From Candidatus Aenigmatarchaeota archaeon (lineage in GTDB: Archaea; Aenigmatarchaeota; Aenigmatarchaeia; CG10238-14; SCSR01), in NCBI GenBank assembly GCA_039000165.1, contig JAWBTW010000013.1, forward strand, positions 1 to 18,841: a DNA stretch of 18,841 bases. The letters are read 5' to 3'. Each line of letters starts with the position of its first letter. Within the stretch, counting starts at the first letter, position 1. The notes under the pieces are model-generated. The model saw only the letters and a program-made list of their open reading frames with translations. It was not told the DNA's origin and ran no database searches. The translations under genes and the position numbers were made by a program. Below, piece by piece: positions 7,227-14,788 of this stretch.

Positions 7227-8885
7227 TTATCCGAATTCTTCTGGTTTATTCCTTTTTCTCATCGTTCTTTTCATCAAAACCCAAGCTAATAAGCCAATCA
7301 AGACTAGCAAAATTAAAACCAGCAAAATTAAAAGATTTTGATCGGCTAGAAAAGCTAAACCAGTAAAAGAAACCTTTTCTTCACCTAAGCTTTCTTTCGG
7401 CTCAGGTAAGCATTCCCCATTTTTACACCCATAAGAACAATAATTAACATATCCCCAGCCTACTGAGCAGTCAGAATATTGATAAAGTTGCATTCTCCAA
7501 TTTCCATCGCACTTGAATTCTTCCAAAAATCTAGCAGTACATTTTGGTTCATCCCTTTTCTTGACTAAAAATGTCTCGGAATAAACAGTTTGAGTTTGGT
7601 TTAGCCAAGCATAAGAAACCTTAACCTTGTAACTTCCTTCTTCTCTTATGTTTGCATTACAGTTTAAAACATAAACACCCTTTCCCTGAACATAAACCCT
7701 AGGGTCAGTTGAATAATCGTTACAATTCATCAAATAACAATAATCTATATTGCAAACATAAGCGTCTAAATTAACATAGCATCCTTCATCCCCAGAATTT
7801 GTTAACCTGATTGTAGTTCTTACGGTTTCGTCAACAAAAACATTTTCAGGCTTGCTAACACTTACACTTATCTTACAAGGTTCTTTAGTTAAGCATCTTC
7901 CTTGCGAACAACCATAGCTACAATATTTCCAATTAATCCAATTGCTTGAACAATCAGAAAAAACATACTTTCTTTGAACCCAATTTCCATAGCATCTGTA
8001 TTCGTTTGTATAACCTTCTTCACAAGTTTTGACACAATAACCTTCTTCACAAGTATATCCAGAAGCACAATTCTCTATAACTGTTTCAAATCCACTTCCA
8101 TCGTTTTTACATCTTTCATAAGCAACTTGAGTTGGACATGCACAGTATCTATTTCTTATTTCTCCCGGAACACAAACTTGAGTTGGAGCTAACAAAATCT
8201 CTACTTTCTTTGTTTCATTACAAGAACAACTTACAATTTTGGCATCAGAATTATAACCAGACTTTTTTGCTAAAATCTTATGGGCTCCTACCGAAACTTC
8301 CTTTAAAAAATGAGAACCGTAACCTAAGTAATTTCCATCAACATAAACGTAAGCGTTAATAGGATTTCTTTTTAAATCTTTAACAGAAATATCAAGGTAG
8401 CAAGTTTGTGGTTGATAATACTCTATAACCTCAACTTCAGCTTCCCAACAAAAACAGGGGTCCTCCCTTTCAATTTCATAGCAATAGCTACTAACCCTTA
8501 CCTCAACCTCGCCTGTATATCCATAAGGAGCATACTTCTCTAAATCATACTCAACATAGCCTGAATAACCTGAAACAATTCTGTAGCCGCAATCATAACA
8601 ACTGGGAGCAGTTGATTTCCAAGCCTCTTGCCAATTCTCAGGCGAGTAAGGTAAACCATCTAAATTTATGTATTTCCCATCAGTTTTTATCCAGGCAGTG
8701 AAGCATCTAGCGTACAAATCGTTCATAGAATTGTAAACCGTTACCCTTATTTTCTTTGCATTCCTTACGTAGAAATAAGCCGATTTATACGTGTATGTTT
8801 GATAACTTAAATCACAAATTGCTAGAGTAATTTCTGGCAAAAATAGCAAAGGTACAAAAGCTATAATCAAAGCTTTAATTTTCAT
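7227..8885 (-). CDS. Secreted, C-terminally membrane-anchored Cys-rich surface protein (PEGA-like and Ig-like domains, 6-Cys repeats)
   Basis: Signal peptide MKIKALIIAFVPLLFLPEITLA; PEGA-like AYVYVDGNYLG...GAHKILAKKSGY; beta-rich Ig-like segment (IRLTNSG...GSYKVKV); TM LLILLVLILLVLIGLLAWVLM with a basic tail. Confidence 0.85.
   Translation of the reverse strand: MKIKALIIAFVPLLFLPEITLAICDLSYQTYTYKSAYFYVRNAKKIRVTVYNSMNDLYARCFTAWIKTDGKYINLDGLPYSPENWQEAWKSTAPSCYDCGYRIVSGYSGYVEYDLEKYAPYGYTGEVEVRVSSYCYEIEREDPCFCWEAEVEVIEYYQPQTCYLDISVKDLKRNPINAYVYVDGNYLGYGSHFLKEVSVGAHKILAKKSGYNSDAKIVSCSCNETKKVEILLAPTQVCVPGEIRNRYCACPTQVAYERCKNDGSGFETVIENCASGYTCEEGYCVKTCEEGYTNEYRCYGNWVQRKYVFSDCSSNWINWKYCSYGCSQGRCLTKEPCKISVSVSKPENVFVDETVRTTIRLTNSGDEGCYVNLDAYVCNIDYCYLMNCNDYSTDPRVYVQGKGVYVLNCNANIREEGSYKVKVSYAWLNQTQTVYSETFLVKKRDEPKCTARFLEEFKCDGNWRMQLYQYSDCSVGWGYVNYCSYGCKNGECLPEPKESLGEEKVSFTGLAFLADQNLLILLVLILLVLIGLLAWVLMKRTMRKRNKPEEFG
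8010..8054. repeat. 18-bp perfect direct repeat inside the CDS (TCEEGY x2, 27-bp period)
   Basis: ATAACCTTCTTCACAAGT at 8010..8027 and 8037..8054. Confidence 0.85.
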
Positions 8886-8977
8886 GATTAACCTAATAGA
8901 AAGAAAACTTTAAATCCTTAATTTCTTAAAGACAAAGATTTTTATTTAAAAATTGAAAATTAATATAAAGTGAGAAA

Positions 8978-9754
8978 TTGGTAAGAACCATAGCTATTGC
9001 TTCAGGGAAAGGTGGAGTTGGAAAAACAACCTTTGCTACAAACCTTGCTATAGCTTTAAATCAAATAGGCTATAGAGTTATAGTTGTTGATGCAAACCTA
9101 ACTACTCCTCATCTTTCCTATTACTTAGGTTTGCCAGAGTACTCTGTAACTATTAACGACATTCTAAGAGGAAGGGAAGATATAAGGTATGCAGTTGCAA
9201 GCTACAATGGAGTTATGTTTGTTCCAGCTTCGCTTAACCCTTCTGATATTATTGGAGTTGACATGAAAGATTTAAAATATTCTTTAAAAAGGCTTGATTT
9301 GCCCATGATAGATTTTATTTTTGTTGATTGTGCCCCAGGTTTAGGAAGAGAGGCAATTTGTGGAATGGAAGCTTGCGATGAAATAATTTTTGTTACTACC
9401 CCTACAATTCCGACCATGATGGATGTGAAAAGAACCATTGACATGATAGATTTAAGAGGAAAAAAACTTTGGCTCGTCTTAAACATGGTTGGTTTAGGAA
9501 AGTATGAGTTTAAAAGAGAGCAAGTTGAGGAACTCTTAGGCTTACCAATTTTAGGAGAAATTCCTTTTGATAAAAATGTTATCGATAGTGTGTCTTTTGG
9601 TGTTCCATTGATGAAATTCAACGCAAAATCTCCTGCAGCCCTGAGATTTTTACAAATTGCTCATCATCTTGTGGGTAAAGAATTTGAAATATATCCTTCT
9701 CTTTTTCATAAGATTGTTGCTAGTTTGAAGGAAAAAATTTTGAGGAGAAGTTAG
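8978..9754 (+). CDS. minD: MinD/ParA-family ATPase (archaeal MinD type)
   Basis: Deviant Walker A ASGKGGVGKTT, VVDANL, VDCAPG, VLNMV, GEIPFD; C-terminal amphipathic helix SLFHKIVASLKEKIL; TTG start. Confidence 0.85.
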   Translation: MVRTIAIASGKGGVGKTTFATNLAIALNQIGYRVIVVDANLTTPHLSYYLGLPEYSVTINDILRGREDIRYAVASYNGVMFVPASLNPSDIIGVDMKDLKYSLKRLDLPMIDFIFVDCAPGLGREAICGMEACDEIIFVTTPTIPTMMDVKRTIDMIDLRGKKLWLVLNMVGLGKYEFKREQVEELLGLPILGEIPFDKNVIDSVSFGVPLMKFNAKSPAALRFLQIAHHLVGKEFEIYPSLFHKIVASLKEKILRRS

Positions 9755-9853
9755 AAGAAATTTTTATATTTAGTGGTATATAGATTTAAATACAGAAATA
9801 GATATTTTAAAGTTAGCAACATTTGATTTTTGAAAAACTTAAAGGAAGAGAAG

Positions 9854-11947
9854 ATGAGCGAAACGAGCGAAATAAAAATTTCTAAAATAAGAAAAAGGGA
9901 CGGAAGAATTGTCGATTTTGACAAGAATAAGATAACAGAAGCTATATGGAAGGCTGCAAAAAGTGTTGGTGGAAAAGATAGGGCATTATCCGAAAAACTT
10001 GCAGATCAAGTTGTTGAACTTCTACAAAAACAACTTAAGCCAGGAGAAATCCCAAGCGTGGAGCAAGTTCAAGATTTGGTTGAAAAGGTTTTGATAGAAA
10101 ACGGACATGCAAAAACAGCAAAAGCTTTCATTCTTTACAGGCAAAAAAGGGCAGAAATAAGAAGAGCAAAAGCTTTGCTAGGCGTGCAAGATGATTTAAA
10201 ACTTCCTTTAAACTCGATAATAGTCTTAGAGAAAAGATATTTGAGAAAAGATGAAAATGGAAGAGTTATAGAAACTCCAAGGCAAATGTTTCAAAGAGTA
10301 GCGCATGCTATAGCTGAAGTTGAAAAGAATTACGGAAAAAGTGAGCAAGAAATTCAAGAATTGGAAAATCAGTTTTTCGATATGATGTCAAAACTTGAAT
10401 TTTTACCTAATTCTCCAACTCTTATGAATGCAGGAACAGGAACAAAACTCAACTTAAGCGCATGCTTCGTTATTCCGATAGAGGATTCTATAGAAAGTAT
10501 TTTTGAAGCTGTAAAAATAATGGCTATAGTTCAGAAGTCAGGTGGAGGCACAGGTTTTAGTTTTTCAAAGCTTAGACCAGCAGGTGATATAGTTCAATCA
10601 ACTAGCGGGGTAGCTTCTGGTCCAATAAGTTTTATGCAAGTTTTTGACGCAGCAACTGAAGTAATAAAGCAGGGAGGGAAAAGAAGAGGAGCTAACATGG
10701 GGATTTTAAGAGTTGACCATCCTGACATTCTTGATTTCATAGTTTGTAAAGAAAGAGAAGGCATACTACGAAACTTTAACATTTCTGTTGCAATAACTGA
10801 CAAGTTTATGGAAGCGGTAGAAAAAGATAAAGATTTTGAACTAATTAATCCAAGAACAAAAAAACCTGTCAAAAGAATTAAAGCAAGAGCAATCTGGAAT
10901 TTAATAGTTACCATGGCATGGAAAAATGGCGAGCCTGGAGTAATTTTTATCGATACAATTAATAGGCATAATCCCACTCCTCACATAGGAGAAATAGAAT
11001 CAACCAATCCCTGTGGAGAGCAGCCTCTATTGCCTTTTGAGTCTTGCAATTTAGGTTCAATTAACTTATCAAAATTTGTTGAAGATGGAAAAATTGACTG
11101 GGAAAGATTAAGAAAAATTGTTAGATTAGCAGTTCGTTTTCTCGATAATGTCATAGATGCAAACTATTATCCAGTTCCTCAAATAGAACAAATGACAAAA
11201 GCGAACAGAAAAATTGGTTTGGGTGTTATGGGATTTGCAGATATGCTTATCCAACTTGGCATACCTTACAACTCTGAAGAAGCCTTAAAAGTTGCAGAAG
11301 AAGTAATGAAATTCATTTCGGAAGAGGCAAGAAAAATGTCTGTTGAGCTAGGAGAAGAAAAAGGTTCTTTCCCTAACTTTAAGGGAAGTGTCTGGGAGAA
11401 AAAAGGTTATAAAGCTATGAGAAACGCGACAGTAACAACTATTGCGCCAACAGGAACCATAGGTGTAATAGCAGGTTGTTCTTCCGGTATAGAGCCTTTG
11501 TTTGCTATAGCTTACGTAAGAGAAGTTTCAGAAAGTTTGGGAGCAAGCTTGGTTGAAATCAATCCTTTGTTTGAAACCATAGCTATAAAAGAAGGATTTT
11601 ACACAGAGGAATTGATGAAGAAAATTTCCGGAAAAACTTCAATTCAAGACATTGAAGAAATTCCAGAGCATATAAGAAGAATTTTTGTCACTGCTCATGA
11701 TATTAGTCCAGAATGGCATGTTAGAATGCAGGCAGCTTTTCAGAAATATACTGATAATGCCGTAAGCAAAACAATAAACTTTCCATATCATGCAACTCCT
11801 CATGACGTGGAAAAAGCCTATTTATTAGCTTACAAGCTTGGTTGCAAAGGGTTAACAATCTACAGGCATGGGAGTAGGGAAGTTCAAGTTTTAAAACCTT
11901 TAAGTGAAGCTTCTTCAGTTTGTCCAACTTGCACTTTATACTCTTGA
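9854..11947 (+). CDS. nrdJ: Class II (adenosylcobalamin-dependent) ribonucleotide reductase with N-terminal ATP cone
   Basis: ATP cone IRKRDGRIVDFD; FLPNSPTLMNAG, LSACFV, TNPCGEQPL, CNLGSINL, TIAPTGT, C-terminal CPTC; no class I Tyr-Tyr pair and no beta-subunit gene nearby; no intein. ATG 9854 preferred over TTG 9830. Confidence 0.92.
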   Translation: MSETSEIKISKIRKRDGRIVDFDKNKITEAIWKAAKSVGGKDRALSEKLADQVVELLQKQLKPGEIPSVEQVQDLVEKVLIENGHAKTAKAFILYRQKRAEIRRAKALLGVQDDLKLPLNSIIVLEKRYLRKDENGRVIETPRQMFQRVAHAIAEVEKNYGKSEQEIQELENQFFDMMSKLEFLPNSPTLMNAGTGTKLNLSACFVIPIEDSIESIFEAVKIMAIVQKSGGGTGFSFSKLRPAGDIVQSTSGVASGPISFMQVFDAATEVIKQGGKRRGANMGILRVDHPDILDFIVCKEREGILRNFNISVAITDKFMEAVEKDKDFELINPRTKKPVKRIKARAIWNLIVTMAWKNGEPGVIFIDTINRHNPTPHIGEIESTNPCGEQPLLPFESCNLGSINLSKFVEDGKIDWERLRKIVRLAVRFLDNVIDANYYPVPQIEQMTKANRKIGLGVMGFADMLIQLGIPYNSEEALKVAEEVMKFISEEARKMSVELGEEKGSFPNFKGSVWEKKGYKAMRNATVTTIAPTGTIGVIAGCSSGIEPLFAIAYVREVSESLGASLVEINPLFETIAIKEGFYTEELMKKISGKTSIQDIEEIPEHIRRIFVTAHDISPEWHVRMQAAFQKYTDNAVSKTINFPYHATPHDVEKAYLLAYKLGCKGLTIYRHGSREVQVLKPLSEASSVCPTCTLYS

Positions 11948-11955
11948 GGTGGTGA
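11946..11955 (+). promoter_or_regulatory. Strong Shine-Dalgarno for ferredoxin, overlapping the nrdJ stop
   Basis: GAGGTGGTGA, 4 nt before ATG 11960. Confidence 0.75.
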
Positions 11956-11959
11956 TAAA

Positions 11960-12151
11960 ATGGTAATTCCAGTAGTAGATGAAGATAAATGTTTGGGTTG
12001 TGGCCTGTGTGCAAGCATCTGCCCAACTGTTTTTAAGTTGGGAGATGATGGGAAATCTCATGTGGTTAATCCAAAAGGATGTGATGAGTGCGATTGTAAA
12101 ACAGTAGCAGATTCTTGCCCAGCAGGAGCGATAAAATTGGTTAAAAAATAA
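11960..12151 (+). CDS. Small [4Fe-4S] ferredoxin
   Basis: 63 aa; VDEDKCLGCGLCASICP...CDECDC...SCPAGAI. Confidence 0.92.
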   Translation: MVIPVVDEDKCLGCGLCASICPTVFKLGDDGKSHVVNPKGCDECDCKTVADSCPAGAIKLVKK

Positions 12152-12152
12152 A

Positions 12153-12167
12153 TTTTTTCATTTTTTA
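12153..12167 (+). terminator. Possible oligo-T archaeal terminator after nrdJ-ferredoxin
   Basis: TTTTTTCATTTTTT immediately after the stop codon. Confidence 0.35.
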
Positions 12168-12178
12168 CATCATATTTA

Positions 12179-13027
12179 ATGCCTTTGCTTGTCACACCAA
12201 GCCTAAATCCAAAAGATAAAGAAATTATAGTGAATTATTTTAAGGCAAAGCCTCTATCCGAAGCTAACTTTTGGCCATCCAACTTTAAAAGTTATGATGA
12301 TGTTCCGTTAATAGCGAACAACTCATTTAAAGCTAAAGTTAGTGGTTATGAGTTGTTTATTTTAAATGTTGGTTATGGTGAGCAAGGAATAGAGTATGCT
12401 ATAGACGAGTATGAAAGAATTTTAAGAGAGAAAGATAAGCTTGTAGAAATCTACTTTATAGGTTCTTGTTATGCAACAAAACAATCTAAGCTAAAAGTTG
12501 GAGATTTGATAGTTCCCTATAAATCAGAAGTTGGTGGCGAGCATACAAAATTCTACGCTCAAAAATTATTGGAAAGAAATGTGAAAGAACCTACGAAATT
12601 TGATGAGGGACTGATAGAGAGAGTGAAAAGAATTGCAGAAAAACTAAAGCTAGAAATTCATCTTGGTAAAATTTTTTCAGCGCCTATAGATAAAGGTTAT
12701 CCGTGGGATGAATTTCATGAGTTTGGACACGAAAAGGGTTATTTGGCGGCAGAGCTTGAATCAGCTTGCGTGGCTGTTTTGGCAAATTATTTTAAAATTC
12801 CAGCAGTTGCTATTCTCAGAGTTAAAGATACAGGAAAGCCTGACAAGAGTTGGTCAAAAGACAAAAGGTATGAAGGTTCTACTGAGTATAAAGTCCTTTC
12901 AGAAGAAGAAAAGAGAAAAGTTCTCATAAACCAGTTGAGATTGGTTGAGCTTTCAATTAAGGAAGCAAATAATCATTTTCCAATTTTTTTGCACAAAGGT
13001 CCTTCAGGAGTATCTTCGATAGAGTAA
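12179..13027 (+). CDS. Nucleoside phosphorylase family 1 (PNP/UDP) protein, divergent
   Basis: FIGSCYA...LKVGDLIVP, IHLGKIFS, AAELESAC.AVLA...IPAVAIL.V.D. Confidence 0.75.
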   Translation: MPLLVTPSLNPKDKEIIVNYFKAKPLSEANFWPSNFKSYDDVPLIANNSFKAKVSGYELFILNVGYGEQGIEYAIDEYERILREKDKLVEIYFIGSCYATKQSKLKVGDLIVPYKSEVGGEHTKFYAQKLLERNVKEPTKFDEGLIERVKRIAEKLKLEIHLGKIFSAPIDKGYPWDEFHEFGHEKGYLAAELESACVAVLANYFKIPAVAILRVKDTGKPDKSWSKDKRYEGSTEYKVLSEEEKRKVLINQLRLVELSIKEANNHFPIFLHKGPSGVSSIE

Positions 13028-14385
13028 CCTAATTCTTTTATTTTTTCTCTTAGTTCGTCAGCAAGCTTCCAATCTTTTCTTTTTCTTGCCTCTTCTCTTT
13101 CCTTTAGAAGCTTTTGAACTTCTTCTGGTAGCTTTTCTTCTTTTATCGCTTCTTCTAAGTTTAACCCAAGAACTTTGTCAAAACTTAAAATCAAATCTAT
13201 AATTTCTTCAGAGTTCTTCTTTCCGATTTTGTTTTGTGAAATTAACTTGTTAACCTGGTTTACAAACTTAAACATAACAGCCAACGCATCATTTATCCTT
13301 AAGTTGTCATCCATTGCTTCTTCAAACTTTTTTCTAGTTTCTTTTATCATTTTTTTTACTTGCTTGTTTTCTTTCTCTCCTTTTATTTCTTTTAGCTTCC
13401 AAAGAAAGTTGATGAGTTTTTCTACTGTATTTTTTGCTGCCTCTAGCCCTTCAAAAGTGAAGTTGAGTTGTTGTTTATAATGAGTTGAAAGAAGCAAATA
13501 TCTTATTGCTCTTGGGTCATAACCTTTAGCGAGCAAGTCTCGTAAAGTGTAAAAATTTCCTAGCGATTTGGACATTTTTCTTCCTTCAACTATTAAATGT
13601 TCAGCATGTAACCAATAATTCACAAATTTTTTTCCTGTGGCTGCCTCGCTTTGAGCTATTTCATTCTCATGATGTGGAAAGATTAAGTCTACGCCGCCTG
13701 TGTGAATGTCAAAAGTTTCACCCAAATATTTCATAGACATGGCTGAACATTCTATATGCCATCCTGGCCTTCCTTTACCTATTTCAGTTTCAAAGAACAC
13801 TTCTCCATCCTCAGGATCCCAGGCTTTCCATAAAGCAAAATCATAGGCTTCTTCTTTCGTATAGCTGTCTGATTTGACTCTTGCACCAGGTTTTAGCTCT
13901 TTTATTTTAAGCTTAGAAAGTTTACCATAATCCTTAAACTTAGAAATGTCATAGTAAATTGAGCCATCCTCGCCTCTATAAGCGTAGCCTTTTTCTATAA
14001 GAATTTTTATAAGTTCAACAATCTCCTTTATATGTTCAGTTGCCCTTGGATAAACATCTGCAGGTAATAAGTTCAAAGTTTTTGAATCTTCAAAAAATGC
14101 TTTTATGTATTTTTCCGTAAATTCCCTTAAAGAGATTCCCTGTTCTCTTGCTCCTTTAATCGTTTTATCATCAATATCGGTTAAGTTCATCACATGCCTT
14201 ACTTTGAAACCTTTAAAAAGAAGCCATCTTTTCAGAAGGTCTTGCCAAACATAAGTTCTAAAGTTTCCTATATGGGCAAAATCATAAACTGTTGGACCAC
14301 AAGTATACATTCTTACCTCATTCTTTCTTATAGGTTTAAAAACTTCCTTTTTTCTTGTCAAAGTGTTAAAAAGTTTGAGCACCAT
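12973..14385 (-). CDS. cysS: Cysteinyl-tRNA synthetase
   Basis: LFNTLTRKKE, YTCGPTVYD, HIGN, NLTDIDDK, DFALWK, GRPGWHIECSAM, DLIFPHHENE, KMSKSLGN. ATG 14385 preferred; alternative TTG at 14394. Confidence 0.98.
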   Translation of the reverse strand: MVLKLFNTLTRKKEVFKPIRKNEVRMYTCGPTVYDFAHIGNFRTYVWQDLLKRWLLFKGFKVRHVMNLTDIDDKTIKGAREQGISLREFTEKYIKAFFEDSKTLNLLPADVYPRATEHIKEIVELIKILIEKGYAYRGEDGSIYYDISKFKDYGKLSKLKIKELKPGARVKSDSYTKEEAYDFALWKAWDPEDGEVFFETEIGKGRPGWHIECSAMSMKYLGETFDIHTGGVDLIFPHHENEIAQSEAATGKKFVNYWLHAEHLIVEGRKMSKSLGNFYTLRDLLAKGYDPRAIRYLLLSTHYKQQLNFTFEGLEAAKNTVEKLINFLWKLKEIKGEKENKQVKKMIKETRKKFEEAMDDNLRINDALAVMFKFVNQVNKLISQNKIGKKNSEEIIDLILSFDKVLGLNLEEAIKEEKLPEEVQKLLKEREEARKRKDWKLADELREKIKELGYSIEDTPEGPLCKKIGK

Positions 14386-14390
14386 TTTCT

Positions 14391-14727
14391 TCAACTTCCA
14401 ATTTTAAAAGAGCTCGGGGCGGGATTTGAACCCGCATGCGTCGGTCTCAACTTTTCATCTTTTTTCAAAAGACCAACTGCAGCCGACTGCCTAACCGGGT
14501 TCGGCCACCCGAGCTTTTTTACTTCTTCTTTATTTAATAAAAACATTTTTCTTCTTAAATCTCTAAGCATAAACATTTCTTTAACTAGTTTTTGTTTCTT
14601 AAGTTTGGATAAATTATACCTTAAAGTTCTTTCAGGGAGTTTTGTAATTTTTAAAAGTTGCTCTATAGTTTTTGGACTATTAGAAAGAGCTTTTTTAATG
14701 AGTTGAACAGCAAAGGCTATCGCCCAT
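14391..14727 (-). CDS. Small winged-helix-turn-helix (MarR/ArsR-like) regulator; needs a +1 frameshift after codon 5 (programmed, pseudogene or assembly error)
   Basis: The track ORF 14391..14576 extends upstream without stops to TAA 14732..14730, giving FAVQLIKKALSNSPKTIEQLLKITKLPERTLRYNLSKLKKQKLVKEMFMLRDLRRKMFLL, a wHTH pattern (LPERTxRY.L..L....LV......D.R). No in-frame ATG/GTG/TTG precedes the HTH; ATG 14727 is one base out of frame. Confidence 0.7.
14411..14514 (-). tRNA. tRNA-Cys(GCA) with a 31-nt intron at canonical 37/38 (intron ~14446..14476)
   Basis: Acceptor GCTCGGG/CCCGAGC with discriminator U73 (Cys identity element); D stem GCC/GGC; anticodon stem GTCGG/CCGAC; loop CT-GCA-G^A after removing TTGGTCTTTTGAAAAAAGATGAAAAGTTGAG; T arm GCGGG-TTCAAAT-CCCGC. 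Confidence 0.93.
14695..14727 (-). other. 10-codon leader ORF MGDSLCCSTH* with tandem Cys codons
   Basis: ATG GGC GAT AGC CTT TGC TGT TCA ACT CAT TAA; GGTG (14737..14734) lies 6 nt upstream of the ATG. Confidence 0.55.
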
Positions 14728-14788
14728 TCTTAGCACCAAATTAATTTATATAATTCAACTTAAAAAAGTTTTTGATAGAGGCAAATTT
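14728..14788. promoter_or_regulatory. Divergent promoter region between the wHTH/tRNA-Cys/cysS unit and cutA-btuR
   Basis: 61-bp AT-rich gap with TATA-like TTTATATA (+, 14745..14752) and AAAAAC-TTTTTTAAG (-, ~14773..14759). Confidence 0.45.

Noticed and set aside
9762..9778. NrdR-box-like sequence upstream of nrdJ (TTTTATATTTAGTGGT)
   Set aside because: Only a half match to the acaCwAtATaTwGtg palindrome with no clear tandem second box; equally explained as a TATA box.
9854..11947. Intein or intron in the RNR
   Set aside because: The catalytic motifs are contiguous and the length is normal; no insertion is evident.
14383..14476. Intron splicing might fuse the wHTH in frame to CysRS
   Set aside because: Removing 31 nt gives ...GAC CGA CGC ATG...GTT GAA GAA AAT GGT GCT CAA ACT TTT TAA, which is not the cysS frame; the cysS frame also has an upstream TAA.
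14440..14476. Alternative tRNA-Lys(UUU)-like arm (TTGGT-CT TTT GA...ACCGA) inside the intron
   Set aside because: It would require a second excision with no splice motif; U73 and adjacency to cysS support Cys.
14391..14576. 61-aa track ORF as a stand-alone gene starting at ATG 14576
   Set aside because: That start omits the whole helix-turn-helix; it is the 3' part of the longer wHTH frame.
14194..14706. 170-aa plus-strand ORF
   Set aside because: It is antisense to cysS, tRNA-Cys and the wHTH ORF and has no recognisable motif; a shadow ORF.
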